Assembly (NCBI GenBank): GCA_030390025.1
Contig: CM059432.1
Span: 6,572,001-6,636,000 of the forward strand
DNA length: 64,000 bases
Origin: Squalus acanthias
Lineage: Eukaryota
Direction: 5' to 3'
Each line of letters opens with the position of its first letter. The stretch's first letter is position 1. The notes under the pieces were generated by a model. That model searched no databases. It was not told the DNA's origin and was given only the letters and a program-made list of their open reading frames with translations. Shown one piece after another: positions 1 through 13,075 of the stretch. A program made the position numbers and the translations under genes.

Positions 1-255
1 GGGACGATTGGTGGCAGGGGTCCGGAATCCGGACACCCTGAGGGAGGCTTACCAAAAACCGGAAATAGCGCGACCTGGGCCCAGGCATTTCCGGACTTGG
101 CACGTGTTTCTGATGTCCGAAGTCCGGAAATATCGCAACCTGGGCTCGGGCGTTTCCGGATTTCGGACATCAGAAACACGTTCCGAAGTCCGGAAAATCC
201 CGAAAACCGGCTTGGCCTCGGTCCCGAGGTTGCTGGATTCGGGACGCTCATCCTG
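1..255. mobile_element. Right end of a non-autonomous Tc1/mariner-pogo (Tigger-like) DNA element
   Basis: Terminus reverse-complements to CAGGATGAGCGTCCC (Tigger/MER46-like TIR) and is followed by TA at 256-257. Body is CpG-rich with repeated TCCGGA/TCCGAA subrepeats. Left end lies outside the window. Confidence 0.6.
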
Positions 256-257
256 TA

Positions 258-1080
258 CTTTTTAAATGTGGTTAGGGTTCCTGCCTCTACCACCGTTTCA
301 GGCAGTGAGTTCCAGACCCCCACAACCCTCTGAGTGAAGAAATTTCCCCTCAAATCCCCTCTAAACCTTCCACCAATTACTTTAAATCTGTTCCCCCTGG
401 TTTTTGACCCCTCTGCTAAGGGAAATAGGTCCTTTCTATCCACTTTATTTATGCCCCTCATAATTTTATACACCTCTAAGGTCTCCCCTCAGCCTCCTCT
501 GTTCCAAGGAAAACAGACCCAGCCTATCCAATCTTTCCTCACAGCTAAGATTCTCTACTCCCGGCAACATCCTTGTAAATCTCCTCTGTACCCTCTCTAG
601 TGCAGTCACATCTTTCCTGTAATGTGGTGACCAGAACTGCACGCTGTACTCTAACTGAGGCCTAACTAGTGTTTTATACAGTTGAAGCATAACCCCCCTG
701 CTCTTGTATTCTATGCCACGGCTAATAAAGGCAAGCATTCCGTATGCCTTCTTAACAACCTTATCTACCTGGCCTGCTACCTTCAGGATTCTGTGGACAT
801 GTACTCCAAGGTCCCTTTGTTCCTCTACACTACTCAGTGTCCTACCATTTAATGTGTATTCCCTTTCCTTGTTAGCCCTCCCCAAATGCATTACCTCACA
901 CTTCTCCGGATTGAATTCCATTTGCCACTGTTCTGCCCACCTGACCAATTTATTGATATCTTCCTGCAGTCTACAGCTTCCTTCTTCAGTATCAACCACA
1001 CAGCCGATTTTAGTATCATCTGCAAACTTCTTAATTATACCCCCTATATTCAAGTCTAGATCATTGATATATACCACAAA
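258..1080 (-). mobile_element. CR1 LINE, RT C-terminal fragment
   Basis: ORF 466-1176 contains KFADDTK, QWQMEFNPEKC, LVRPQLEY, QRRFTRM and RRLRGDL. Confidence 0.92.
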
Positions 1081-4000
1081 ACCATTCGTAACAAGGTAGA
1101 TGAATTGATGGCACAAATAGAAATAAATGGGTATGATATAATAGCCATCACAGAGACGTGGTTGCAATGTGACCAAGGCTGGGAACTGAATATTCAGGGA
1201 TATTTGACATTTTGGAAGGATAGACAGAAAAGAAAAGGAGGTGGGGTAGCTCTGTTAATAACGGATAAGATCAGTACAATCATGAGAAATTATCTTGGCT
1301 CGGAAGTTCCAGATGTAGAATCAATTTGGGTGGAGGTAAGAAATAGTAAGGGAAAGAAGGCACTGGTGGGATTCGTCTATAGGCCCCCTAACAGTAGCTA
1401 CACTATAGGACAGAGTATAAATCAAGAAATAATAGGGGCTTGTAAGAAAGGTACTGCAATAATCATGGGCGATTTTAATCTTCATATAGATTGGACAAAT
1501 CAAATTGGCAAAAGCAGCCTTGAGGACGAGTTCATAGAGTATATTCGGGACAGTTTCTTGGAACAATACGTTGTGGAACCGACCAGGGAACAGGCTATTT
1601 TAGATCTGGTAATGTGTAATGAAACAGGATTAATTAATGATCTCATAGTAAAGGATCCTCAAGGGAAGAGTGATTATAACATGATAGAATTCCACATTCA
1701 GTTTGAAGGTGAGAAACTTGGGTCTGAAACTAGAGTATTAAACTTAAATAAAGACAATTTCAAAGGTATGAGGAGAGAGTTGGCTAAAGTGGACTGGGAA
1801 AATAGATTAGAAGGTAAGACGGTAGAAAAGCAGTGGCAGACATTTAAAGAGATATTTCCTGACTCAACAAAAATATATTTCAGTGAGAAAGAAAGACTTG
1901 AAGAGCAGGATGAACCAACCATGGCTAACCAAGGAAGTTAAGGATGGTATCAAATTGAAAGAAAAGGCACACAGTGTTGCAAAGATTAGTGGTAGGCCAG
2001 AAGATTGGGAAAATTTTAGAAACCAGCAAAGGATGACTAAAAAAATAATAAAGAGGGAGAAACTAGCTTATGAGAGTAAACTAGCAAGAAAACTGACAGT
2101 AAGAGCTTCTACAAGTATATAAAAGGAAGAGAGTAGCTAAAATAAACGTTGGTCCCTTAGAGGATGAGACTGGGGAAATAATAATGGGAAACAAGGAAAT
2201 GGCAGAGGCATTGAACAAATATTTTGTATCTGTCTTCACAGTAGAGGACTCTTTATAAAAAAAAAAAAAAATCCCAGTAATAATAGAAAATCAAGGGGCA
2301 AAAGGGAGGGAGGAACTTAAAGCAATCACTATCACTGGAGAAAAAGTCCTGGGCAAACTTATGGGTCTAAAGGCTGACAAGTCCCCTGCCCCTGATGGCC
2401 TGCATCCTAGAGTCTTCAAAGAAGTGGCTACAGAGATAGTGGATGCGTTGGTTGTAATCTTCCAAAAATCCCTTGACTCTGGAAAAGTCCCTGCAGATTG
2501 AAAAACCGCAAATGTAACGCCCTTATTCAAAAAAGGAGGGAGACAGAAAGCAGGAAACTATAGGCCAGTTAGCCTAACATCTGTCATTGGCAAAATGCTT
2601 GAATCCATTATTAAGGAAGTAGTAGCAGGGTATTTAGAAAATCATAATACAATCAAACAGAGTCAACATGGTTTTGTGAAAGGGAAATCGTGTTTGACAA
2701 ATCTATTAGAGTTCTTTGAGGAGGTAACGAGCAGAGTGGATAAAGGGGGACCAGTAGATGTCGTGTATTTGGATTTCCAAAAGGTATTCGACAAGGTGCC
2801 ACATAAAAGGTTACTGCATAAGATAAGAGCTCATGGTATTGGGGGTAATACATTAGATTGGATAGAGGATTTGCTAACTAACAGAAAACAGAGAGTTGGA
2901 ATAAATGGCTCATTTTCAGGATGGCAATCTGTAACTGGTGGGGTGCCACAGGGATCAGTGCTGGCGCCTCAACTATTTTCAATCTATAGTAATGACTTGG
3001 ATGAAACAAGCGAGTGTATTGTAGCCAAATTTGCAGACGATACAAAGATAGGTGGGAAAGCAAGTTGTGAGGAGGACACAAAGAGTCTGCAAAGGGATAT
3101 AGATAGGTTAAGTGAGTGGGCAAGAATTTGGCAGATGGAGTATAATGTGAGAAAATGTGAAATTATCCACTTTGGTAGGAAGAATAGAAAAGAAAAATAT
3201 TATTTAAATGGAGAAAGACTACAGAATGCGGCAGTACAGAGGAATTTGGGTGTCCTCGTACATGAAACACAAAATGTTAACATGCAGGTGCAGCAAGTAA
3301 TTAGGAAGGCAAATGGAATGTTGGCCTTTATTTCAAGGGGGATGGAGTATAAAAGTAGGGAAGCCTAGCTACAACTGTATCGGGCACTGGTGAGACCACA
3401 CCAAGAGTATTGCGTACAGTTTTAGTCCCCTTATTTAAGGAGGGATATACTTGCATTGGAGGCAGTTCGGAGAAGGTTCACTAGGTTGATTCCTGGGATG
3501 GAAGGGTTGTCTTATGAGGAAAGGTTGGGCCTATACTCATTGGAGTTTAGAAGAATGAGAGGTGATCTTATTGAAACATACAAGATTCTGAGGGGGTTTG
3601 ACAGGGTAGATGCTGCCAGGATGTTTCCCCCTCATCAGGGAATCTGGAACGAGGGGGCATACTCTCAATAAGGGGTCGCCCATTTAAGACGGAGATGAGG
3701 AGGTATTTCGTCTGAGGGTTGTGAATCTTTGGAATTCTTTACCCCAGAGAGCTGTGGAAGCTGAGTCAATGGGCCGTATTTTCCGATTGGAGGCTTCCTG
3801 CGTGTGGAGGCCTCCAATCTGGAAAAAATCTACGGACTTACCCGAGGGCTCCCAAGGTGTGTATACTTCCGCACCTGGGCCTCTCCAACTCGAAATGTGC
3901 AGGGCCCACGTATCCCAGAGGCGCATGCGGTTCACAAGCGTCCCTGGGATCACGTGGGCCATGGGGAGCCAATAGGAGAAGGGAATCACCCTTCATACAC

Positions 4001-4662
4001 TTGACAGATCGACCTGTCAAATATATGAATAGGGATCACCCCAAAAACACTGTAAAACATTAAATAAATTTAAAAAATAATCACATTTTTGAAATGAGTT
4101 GAAATTACAATAAATTAAATATTTTAAACAAAAAATTAATTTTTTGAAAAAAAGAATTAAAGTTTTTTATGGGGCTAAAAATAAATTTTCCTTTTATTTT
4201 AAAATGATAAATGAGTGAAAAGAATTTTTTTTTTTACTTTTTTCAAATCTTATGCTGGTAAAAGCAGGCCTGCTTTTACCAGGCGTAAGATTTTCTAAGG
4301 GTTTTCTGCGAGCGGAGGTTCTCCAGAAAGCGGAACTATCCGCCCGCCGAGGCCCTTCTCTAGGGCCGGCGTCCGATCTGTCAAGAGCATTCTTGACAGA
4401 TCGGAAATGCCCGTTTTCAGCATTTCCTACGGGTGTGTACAGAGCGCGTACACACCTGTAGGGATCGGAATATACGGCCCATTGAATATATTCAAGGCTG
4501 AGATAGACAGATTTTTGAGCAACAGAGGAGTCAAGGGTTTTGGGGAGCGGGCAGGAAAGTGGAGTTGAGGCCAAAATCAGATCAGCCCATGATCTCATTA
4601 AATGACGGAGCAGGCTCGAGGGGCCGAATGGCCTGCTCCTGCTCCTATTTCTTATGTTCTTA
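1081..4662 (+). mobile_element. CR1 LINE with nearly complete but frameshifted ORF2 (APE endonuclease + RT) and 3' tail; interrupted by a MITE at 3771-4480
   Basis: APE motifs ITETW, YRPP, GDFN, LDLV (1105-1941). RT motifs [16 protein letters not shown] (2595-3368). Ends in the (ttcttatg)n tail. Confidence 0.95.
3771..4480. mobile_element. MITE family A (probably PIF/Harbinger-type)
   Basis: TIRs gggccgtattttccgat / atcggaatatacggccc. 3-bp flanks aat/att. It interrupts the CR1 sequence gagtc-att-gaatata. Confidence 0.85.
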
Positions 4663-4699
4663 TACCACTTTTGCAGCTGTCACCTATTCACAGCAATGG

Positions 4700-4995
4700 G
4701 GAGATATAGAGAACCCGACCTACTTACCTGACGTGATCTCCGAATAACGTGAACCTCGTTAAGAGTGGTAAAATATAAATAGGCTGGCAAAATAATATTT
4801 AACGAGCATTTAACTATCTTCAATGCCTCCCCCACCGCTTGATGTCAGGCCTGTTCTGAAGTCGCAGACCCGACACTTTGGAAACTTACATGGAGGCGGG
4901 TTCAGAGCAGGCTCCCAACCCGCTGTCGATCATTTTGACTTTGACAGCGGACCCGCCTCCGAACCCGCCCTCTGAATGACAGCAAAATCGTGGCC
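4700..4995. mobile_element. Partial Harbinger-type MITE
   Basis: End reverse-complements to ggccacgattttgc...ggcgggttcggaggcggg, resembling the left end of the 49081-49801 element. Confidence 0.5.
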
Positions 4996-5397
4996 TTTTT
5001 TTTAATTACACCTCTGTGAACCATCTTGGGACCATTTTCTACATTAAGTCTGCTCTATAATTGCAAGCTGTTGTTTGGTCATTTAAATGAAGATTTATTT
5101 TTGTGCTTTCCAGTTTTATTTTGGTAAGTCACAAGATTTGTTAACTTTTTTAAGGCCACTTAATTTTGCTGTCTGTGCTTGTCCATGGATGAGGTACGGT
5201 GAAATACCCAGTCTTTTTTTTTGCTGCGATGACCGTCAGTTACGAAATAATAGTGGTTGAGTTTTGGATGTGGATCCTGACTCCGTGAACAAGGTCTCTG
5301 AGGAGCAAAGTGAGAATATTCTGCACCGAGCTGTTGTGGTGGTTTAGCGCACTTAATGTGAGCAGGTCTGTCTGGGACCAACGTTATAACAATTGTT

Positions 5398-5733
5398 CAA
5401 AAGCAAAATACTGCGGATGCTGGAAATCTGAAATAAAAACAGGAAGTGCTGGAAATACTCAGCAGGTCAGGCAGCGTCTGTGGAGAGAGAAACAGAGTTA
5501 ACGTTTCAGGTCAATGACCTTTCGTCAGAACTGGAAAAAGTTAGAGATTTAACTGATTTAAGCAAATACAGAGGCAGAGAAAGGGGAGGGGGGAGGAAAG
5601 AACAAAAATGAAGGTCTGTGATAGGGTGGGAGGCAGGAGAGATTAAATTACAAAAGGGATGATTGTACAAAGTCCCATTACCATCTCCTTTTGCTTTGTA
5701 CAATCATCCCTTTTGTAATTTAATCTCTCCTGC
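5398..5733 (-). mobile_element. Penelope-like element terminus (family 1) with hammerhead motif and terminal inversion
   Basis: Homologous to 27620-28000. Hammerhead core at 5500-5528. 40-bp perfect inverted repeat at 5633-5672 / 5694-5733. Confidence 0.85.
5500..5528 (-). ncRNA. Minimal hammerhead ribozyme motif
   Basis: CUGACGA-A-AGGUC-AUU-GACCU-GAAA-CG-UU, with stem I AGUU/AACU. Confidence 0.75.
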
Positions 5734-6639
5734 ATCTCCGGCTTGCCAATGATCAAGAATCTATTGGGCGGAAAAGGTATTTAAAAAAAAAATCAGAGCC
5801 AAGAGTTGAACAGATTAGCACAGGTGGTGAAAAAAAGTGACTGTCCAAAAGTGAGTCTGAAAATCCTAAAAGGGAAATATTTCCAACTTTACTCTTCCTC
5901 CAGGTAATAGATCTTTCCAGTTTCTTTGGGCAGAGAAGATTTGGGTGTTAGTATCTGTACTGACTAAGTTCAAGTCTGTAAGAGAGCAAAAGTAGTCTAG
6001 GCAGCAGGTTGGTGAGGTAAATAAAATATAAGCAAGAGATGAATATGCCTTGATAAACATTTTGTTCACCATTGAATTCAAATCTTCTGATTGTCGATGG
6101 GACGCGGGGTAGTGTTGTACTGATCGGCAGTTGCGGAGACAAAATACGAAATCTCACCAGTTTGTTTCAGATGGACAGCCTTTTTTGCTATGTATGCCTG
6201 ATAAATACCCACTACCTTTCCCAACTGAATTTCTTCTTCCATGATTACTAAAAGAAAATCTGCACCATTGAAAGAATTATACTGCTAAACAAGAGGTACC
6301 ACAGCGTGGTGTGACACTCCTTCTCCCTGCAGTCCTCACACTTCTGCTGGACCTGGAGGATACATAGATCATTGATTCTTCCCATTACAGAGGGGATGGT
6401 GGAGAGATATGTAAGAGTAAGACTGCCTCAGTTTTTCCTTCCTCCTAAAATGCACTTCCTTTCAAATTCAAGTAATGGTTCCTTAAGTACCACCCCTTGA
6501 TTTGTCTCATTATGTTTCCTACTCATTAACATCTTGCTCGATGACCCTTGGCCTTTCACCCAAGTTTATTTTAAAGACAAAAGTCAATCCAAGCACATCC
6601 TAATGGATGGTCAAAGAGAGCTATTGGTCATGGTGAGAA

Positions 6640-7268
6640 TCTGCCACCTGTCTGCTCTTTGCCTCAGCTCATCCGCTGCTGAAACCCTCATCCGTGCCTT
6701 TGTTACCTCTAGACTTGACGATTCCAATGCACTCCTGTCTGGCCTCCCACATTCTACCCTACGTAAACTTGAGGTCATGCAAAACTCGGCTGCCCGTGTC
6801 CTAACTCGCATCGCGTCCCATTCACCCATCACCCCTGTGCTCGCTGACCTACATTGGCTCCCGGTTTAGCAATGCTTTGATTTCAAAATTCTCATCCTTG
6901 TTTGCAAATCCCTCCATGGCCTCGCCCCTCCCTATCTCTGTAATCTCCTCCAGCCCCACCCCGAGATATTTGCGCTCCTCTAATTCTGCCCTCTTGAGCA
7001 TCCCTGATTATAATCGCTGAACCATTGGTGGACGTGCCTTCTGTTGCCTCGGCTCTAAGCTCTGGAATTCCCTGCCTAAACCTCTCCGCCTCGATACTTC
7101 TCTTTCCTCCTCCTAACCTACCTCTTTGACCAAGCTTTTGGTCACCTGCCCTAATTTCTCCTTGGGTGGCTCGGTGTCCAATTTTTTGTCTTAAAATACT
7201 CCTGTGAAGCGCCTTGGGACGTTTTACTATGTTAAAGGTGCTATGTAAATACAAGTTGTTGTTGTTGA
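6640..7268 (+). mobile_element. L2 LINE 3' fragment
   Basis: Peptide AAETLIRAFVTSRLDDSNALL...QNSAARVLT...LHWLPV. Tail aaggtgctatgtaaatacaagttgttgttg. Confidence 0.9.
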
Positions 7269-7789
7269 ATGCTGTCATGTGTTTGGCTGATATAAAGGAG
7301 TGGGGGGAAAAGTAACAAATGGAGGAGGGGAACATAATTTTTCATTTAAAAAATCTGCACCCCCAAATTCTGATAGAGGCCATGGTGGACACTTCTACAG
7401 TAATGGCCGGGTTTAAGATATTTTAAAACATTTCTGAGTTTCAGATTTCATTTTGTAAAACTACTACAATTCATTATTATGCATCATACCAGCATTTGTA
7501 CTGTAGCAGGCAGTAGTACAAAGGTTCTGTTAGCCAAAAAGTTTATTTGTCAGCTTCTGTTTCATTTTCTTAGTGATCTGTTCGATGCCATCATTAATTG
7601 GGCTACTGGACCAAATATAGAGCTTGGAACTGTGTGTCACAGTGCTCAAGAACATATTAAATGCAATTAACGCGGAAAATCTATGTAATTAAAAACATTT
7701 TGCCTGGTGCGCAAAATATACTGATGGGCTCCCAGCTTTTGTGAACGACGAATAAAACTGCAAAACAATTGTGGTACTGTATATGAATC

Positions 7790-8010
7790 TTAGGAACAGG
7801 AGTCGGCCATTCAGCCCCTTCAGCCTATTCCACCATTCAATTAGATCATGGCTGATCTGTACCTCAACTCATTTATCTGTCTTTGCTCCATATCCCTTGA
7901 TACCCTTCCCTAACAAAAATCCAACCATTTTAGTCTTGAAAATTTCAGTTGACCCAGCATCCACAGCCTTTTGGCAGAGTTAGTTCCAGATTTCAACTAC
8001 CCTTTGTGTG
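7790..8010 (-). mobile_element. CR1 3' tail fragment
   Basis: Reverse complement of the 3' UTR seen at 4481-4662. Confidence 0.75.
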
Positions 8011-8109
8011 ACAGTGTGCAAAAGAAGTTTGGTTGCTGATTGCAGACAATGATGGGAAAAATTGTATCTTGGGAAGAAAATTCAAATCCTGCAAAACGAA
8101 GGGATATTC

Positions 8110-8397
8110 TTCGAAGGCACTTCCCAAACCTGTGACTTCTACCACCTAGAAGGACAAGGGCAGCAGGGGCATGGGAACACCATCACCTGCAAGTTCCCCT
8201 CCAAGTCGCACACCATCCTGACTGGGAAATATATCGCCGATTCCTTCATCGTCGCTGGGTCAAAACCTTCACCACAAGGTCTGCAGCGGTTCAAGAAGGC
8301 GGCTCACCACCACCTTCTCGAGGGCATTTAGGGATGGGCAATAAATGCTGGCCTTGCCAGCGACGCCCACATCCCATGAACGAATAAAAAAAAAAAT
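8110..8397 (+). mobile_element. 3' end of a second LINE family (here called LINE-X)
   Basis: Matches the reverse complement of 61015-61320. Ends ggcaataaatgctggccttgccagcgacgcccacatcccatgaacgaat followed by an A tail. Confidence 0.85.
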
Positions 8398-8459
8398 TGC
8401 AATCTGATTAAATTTATGAACTGTGTTTAATTTTATGCAGCTTTGTGGTCTTGTATTGG

Positions 8460-9083
8460 ACAAGGGGTATGGAGTATAAAAGTAGGGAAGTTTTGATGCA
8501 ACTTTACAGGGCGCTGGTGAGACCGCACCTGGAGTACTGCGTACAGTTGTGGTCTCCATATTTAAGGAAGGATATACTTGCATTGGAGGCAGTACAGAGA
8601 AGGTTCACTAGGTTGATTCCTGGGATGAAGGAGTTGACGTCTGACGAAAGGTTGAGCAGGTTGGGCCTATATTCATTGGAGTTTAGAAGAATGAGAGGTG
8701 ATCTTATTGAAACATATAAGATTCTGAGGGGGATTGACAGGGTGGATGCTGAGAGGATGTTTTCCCTAGTGGGGGTATCTGGAACTGGGGGGCATAGTTT
8801 CAGAATAAGGGGTCGCTCATTTAAGATGGAGATGAGAAGGAATTTCTTCTGAGGGTTGTGAATCTTTGGAATTCTCTACCCCGGAGAGCTGTGGAGGCAG
8901 AGTCACTGAATATATTCAAGGCGGAGAGTGACAGACATTTGAACTACAAGGAAGTCAAGGGGTATGGAGAGAGAGCGGGAAAGTGGTGTTGAGGACAAGA
9001 TTGGATCAGCCATGATCTTATTGAATGGCGGAGCAGGCTCGAGGAGCCGATTGGCCTACTCCTGCTCTGTTTCTTATGTTCTT
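8460..9083 (+). mobile_element. CR1 3' fragment
   Basis: ORF 8445-8852 (LVRPHLEYCVQ...RRMRGDLIE). Ends in a ttcttatg tail. Confidence 0.92.
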
Positions 9084-9309
9084 GTGATGGCATAAGATAT
9101 AAAACCTAAAGGTGATCCAGTGAATCATCAGGGCTTTAAACAAAAATAAATTCAAGTTTAAAAAGTTGGCTTTGGACGATATGCTGCTATATACCGTGAG
9201 TTTTATTTTGCTGCGAAGCAGAAATTGCATTTCAGGCACTGAGCTGTGTTGTATGATTGTGCTAGTAAATCAAACGTACATAGCTTCCAAATTTTCTTAC
9301 TGTAACGTC

Positions 9310-9532
9310 AACTTTTTTACTCAGCGAGTGGTGAGGACCTGGAACTCGCTGCCAACGGAAGTGGTGGAAACGGAGACTCAAGGGGGGACTGGATAGGCAC
9401 TTGAGGGAAATAAACTTGCAGGGCTACGGGGGGAATGGGACTGACTGGAATGCTCCACAGAGAGCTGGCATGAACTCGATGGGCCGAAAGGCCTCCTTCT
9501 GTGCTGTTATGACTCCATGACTATGACTCTAT
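9310..9532 (+). mobile_element. CR1 3' tail fragment
   Basis: FFTQRVVRTWNSLP followed by a (ctatga)n tail. Confidence 0.8.
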
Positions 9533-9570
9533 AATACACTAATGTATCATTCTGTATTGGTTCAAATAAT

Positions 9571-10061
9571 GGGCCGTATTTTGCGACCCCTACTGGGTGC
9601 GTACGCGCCCGTAGGGGCCGCACAAGTGCCGGGGTTAGGCATGCGAAGCGCATGCGCTGAAACCCGGCATTTGCGATCTGTCAAGAATTCTCTTTTGTTT
9701 AAAATATTTAATTAAATGCCATTTTAATTAATTTTATATATGTAATTAAAAAAAAAATTATTTCATGTGTGTATATTTTTAAGTCATCCCCATTCATACT
9801 TATGACAGTTCCGTACGTACGGAACTCGCATAAGTATGAATGGGGATTCCCTTCTTTCATTGGTTGGGCTGGCCCATGTGATCCCAGGGGCGCTTGTGAA
9901 CCGCATGCATCCCTGGGATACGTGGGCCTCTACGCATTTCTACCAGGAGAGGCCCAGGATCGCAAGCCTCCGTATCTCCTGGACCACCAGGTAATTGCGC
10001 AGAAAATGTGATGATCGGAGGCATCCGCCCGCGGGAAGCCTCCGATCGCAAATTCAGGCCC
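9571..10061. mobile_element. MITE family A, opposite orientation to 3771-4480, internally deleted
   Basis: TIRs gggccgtattttgcga / tcgcaaattcaggccc. Flanks aat/agt. Internal homology to the reverse complement of 3771-4480. Confidence 0.85.
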
Positions 10062-10830
10062 AGTGTCTACAATGGTACAACCGAGTGATTCAAGAAATGC
10101 AGTTTTTTCACGAGTCAATATAATTCAGTGTTGTGGTTCTGTTATGATCTTATCAAGACACCTTGATTGAATTACAGCCTGTAACTCTTTCAACATTAAT
10201 TATATACACGACTTTAAAAAAAAATCCAATGGATTATGTCTGAGCAATAGAACATTTATAGTTTATCCAAAAATAGTACATCAAAAATAAAGCAGCCTTG
10301 TTCTTTCTCATTATGCCTTTGTCTTTCAGCATTTAACTTTTTTTTTTAAGAGGTTGTAATTTAAAAAAAATATCCTTTTTGATGAAAAATATAGCTCTTT
10401 ATCTTTGGCTGTTACTGTGATTTAAACGCTGAAGCTTTGTTTTAGCTTTTTCGATTTTAAAAAATTTGCTGTCAAAAGTCGTTCAAACCCCATTTACTTT
10501 ACAGGCTTGCCTCTCGTGGTAAGAGTGTATTGGCGGCACCCAGACCCCTCAGAAAATGGTTTTCCTGTGGTGCCGACAACCGCTGGATGCTGCCTGCAGC
10601 AAAGATCGAGCGTTGCCATCGAATCATAGAGATTTCGGTACAGGAGGAGCTGTTTTGCCGATTGTACCTTGGCTTGTTACTAACTTCCCCACCAAATCTA
10701 CCGTCATTCAATTTCTCTGCTGTCAAATTCCCGTCAAATGTTTTGATTGACTCTGCTCCAATAGTCATGTGGTGTGGTGAACCATTTCATATTCTCATCG
10801 CCCTTTTCGTGTGGGGAAAAAAAATTAATT

Positions 10831-11586
10831 GGCCTGTAATTTGCGGTCAGCGGCGAAGCAAAGGCGTTCACCCCTGTCCCCGAAGTAAGCTTCCCACAAA
10901 GATCTCGCCAACACTGTGGCGAGAAGTTCGGGCTTTTCCGAAGTTCAGTTGAGATCAGTGTAAGTTAATGGGGAATCCCTGACGCGAGCTGCTGTGGCGT
11001 CAACAAGCTGTTTATACAGCCAATCACAATGCAGAACTCTTACAGACCGAGAAGTGAATAAGCTCCTTTTATTCTAACTTTTTAAAAATGTTAGAGCAAA
11101 ACAAAGGTAAACCTGAAATAAAGATGAACAAACTTAAAAAAATTATATATATTTTTTTGAAGTTTCTTAAAATGTTTTAATTTTTATTAAAATGGATAAA
11201 TTTGACAGTCTACAAAATTAAAATTAGTTTTTCAGGGCCATGGCGTTTGTTTAGCAGTCAATGCGCTGCTAAAACCCCAGCTACACCTAATCCAAAAGGG
11301 TCCAACTTTTAATGGGGTATTTAACAGCGATATTACTGCGGAAAAGCAGAAGTTTTAGTCAGTTTCACTGATTTCCCTGATTACACTGATTGCCGGCTTT
11401 GGGGAGGAGGGAGGGGGTGGGGCCACAGCGCAGCCAGCGTCGGAGCAGTGAATGACTGACCGTAACTTCAGTATTTCCACGTTAGAATGCGCAAGCGCTA
11501 AATCCTGCAGTTGTGGTCAGTTTCAAAGGGGTAATAACAGCAAACGCTGTTCGCTCGCTGTTATTACCCACCGCAAATTCCGGGCC
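10831..11586. mobile_element. MITE family B (Harbinger-type), inserted in an old CR1 tail
   Basis: TIRs ggcctgtaatttgcgg / ccgcaaattccgggcc. Flanks att/atc. Confidence 0.8.
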
Positions 11587-11659
11587 ATCATGTATTTAGT
11601 TTTAATCCTGAGTTTACGCCTCTTGTTGTTGAAACACGGTCTAATATAAATAACGTTTC

Positions 11660-12410
11660 ACTATTTGAATGGTAGGACCCTAGGAAGGACAGAGGATCAG
11701 AGGGACCTTGGTGTGCATGTACATAGATCCCTGAAGGCAGCAGGACAGGTAGATAAGGTGGTTAAGAAGGCATATGGGATACTTGCCTTCATTAGCTGAG
11801 GCATAGAATATAAGAGCAGGGAGGTTATGATGGAGCTGTACAAAACGCTCGTTAGGCCACAGCTGGAATACTGTGTGTAGTTCTGGTCGCCACACTATAG
11901 GAAGGATGTGATTGCATTGGAGAGGGTGCAGAGGAGATTCACCAGGATGTTACCTGGGCTGCAGCGCTTCAGCTATGAAGAGAGACTGGACAGGCTGGGG
12001 TTGTTTTCCTTAGAGCAGAGAAGGCTGAGGGGGGACCTGATTGAGGTATACAAAATTATGAGGGGCACAGATAGGGTAGATAGAAAGGAACTTTTCCCCT
12101 TCGTAGAGGGGTCAATAACCAGGGGGCATAGTTTCAAGGTAAGGGGCAGGAGGTTTAGAGGGGATTTGAGGAAAAACTTTTTCACCCAGAGGGTGGTTGG
12201 AATCTGGAACTCACTGCCTGAAAGGGTGGTCGAGGCAGGAACCCTCACAACATTCAAGAAGCATTTAGATGAGCACTTGAAACGCCATAGCATACAAGGC
12301 TACGGACCAAGTGCTGGAAAATGGGATTAGAATAGGCAGGGCTTGATGGACGGCGCGGACACGATGGGCCGAAGGTCCTCTTTCTGTGCTGTATAACTCT
12401 ATGACTCTAT
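11660..12410 (+). mobile_element. CR1 3' fragment
   Basis: ORF 11908-12330 matches the RT C-terminus. Ends in a (ctctatga)n tail. Confidence 0.92.
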
Positions 12411-12739
12411 TTATTTTGTCAAATTCCTATAATTATTTAATGTTTCTATTACATTCCCCCCTTAGTCTTTTCCACTCCCGTGATTAAGTCCGTTTTAAAA
12501 AAAAATCTTTCTTATTATATCTGTATTTTCTCGCCCCTCATATATTTCCAAGAATCTACGGTTTTATCATTCAGGGTGGATAGATTTGTTCCTATTACTA
12601 GTGGATTTTTTCTGGAATCTGAACATCTCTGGATATCAAAACACCAACGTGTTCAGTTTTTACTAAATACTGTTCATTTTAATAACTGCAAATCTCCCAC
12701 CATGTCAAGTTGTGGAATTGAACACAACAAACCTAGTCA

Positions 12740-13075
12740 GTTGTGGGCTGGCACCCGAACAAAATGCCCATGAAACCTGCCCAACTAATGTCTTTCAGCA
12801 GAGAGAGTCCAGCAGCTCTACCTAGTTTGGCCAACTCCAGTCCCACTATATGTAGTTGACTCTTGATGCCCTCTGAAATGACCGAGTAAGCCACCCAGTT
12901 ATAAAGTAGCTGGTACAAAGTATAATAATAAGACAATCAGCAAAATTCCCTACCCAACATCATCGTGGTGGCACCATCACTACACGTACTGTAGCGATTC
13001 TCAGGGCAGGTTGTGGTGGGCAATAAATGTGGCCTTGCTAGCATTGCCCACATTTTGTGAACAAATATTTTTTTT
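12740..13075 (+). mobile_element. Degenerate SINE-X copy (LINE-X-related)
   Basis: gttgactcttgatgccctctgaaatg body and gggcaataaatgtggccttg tail. Confidence 0.65.

Noticed and set aside
466..1176. 236-aa ORF as a host gene, or a twin-priming inversion at ~1080
   Set aside because: It is a chimeric read-through from the antisense of one CR1 into another. The two CR1s look like different subfamilies, so a single inverted insertion is not supported.
2256..2271. A-run inside CR1 as a separate retro-insertion
   Set aside because: No TSD or attached body; consistent with slippage.
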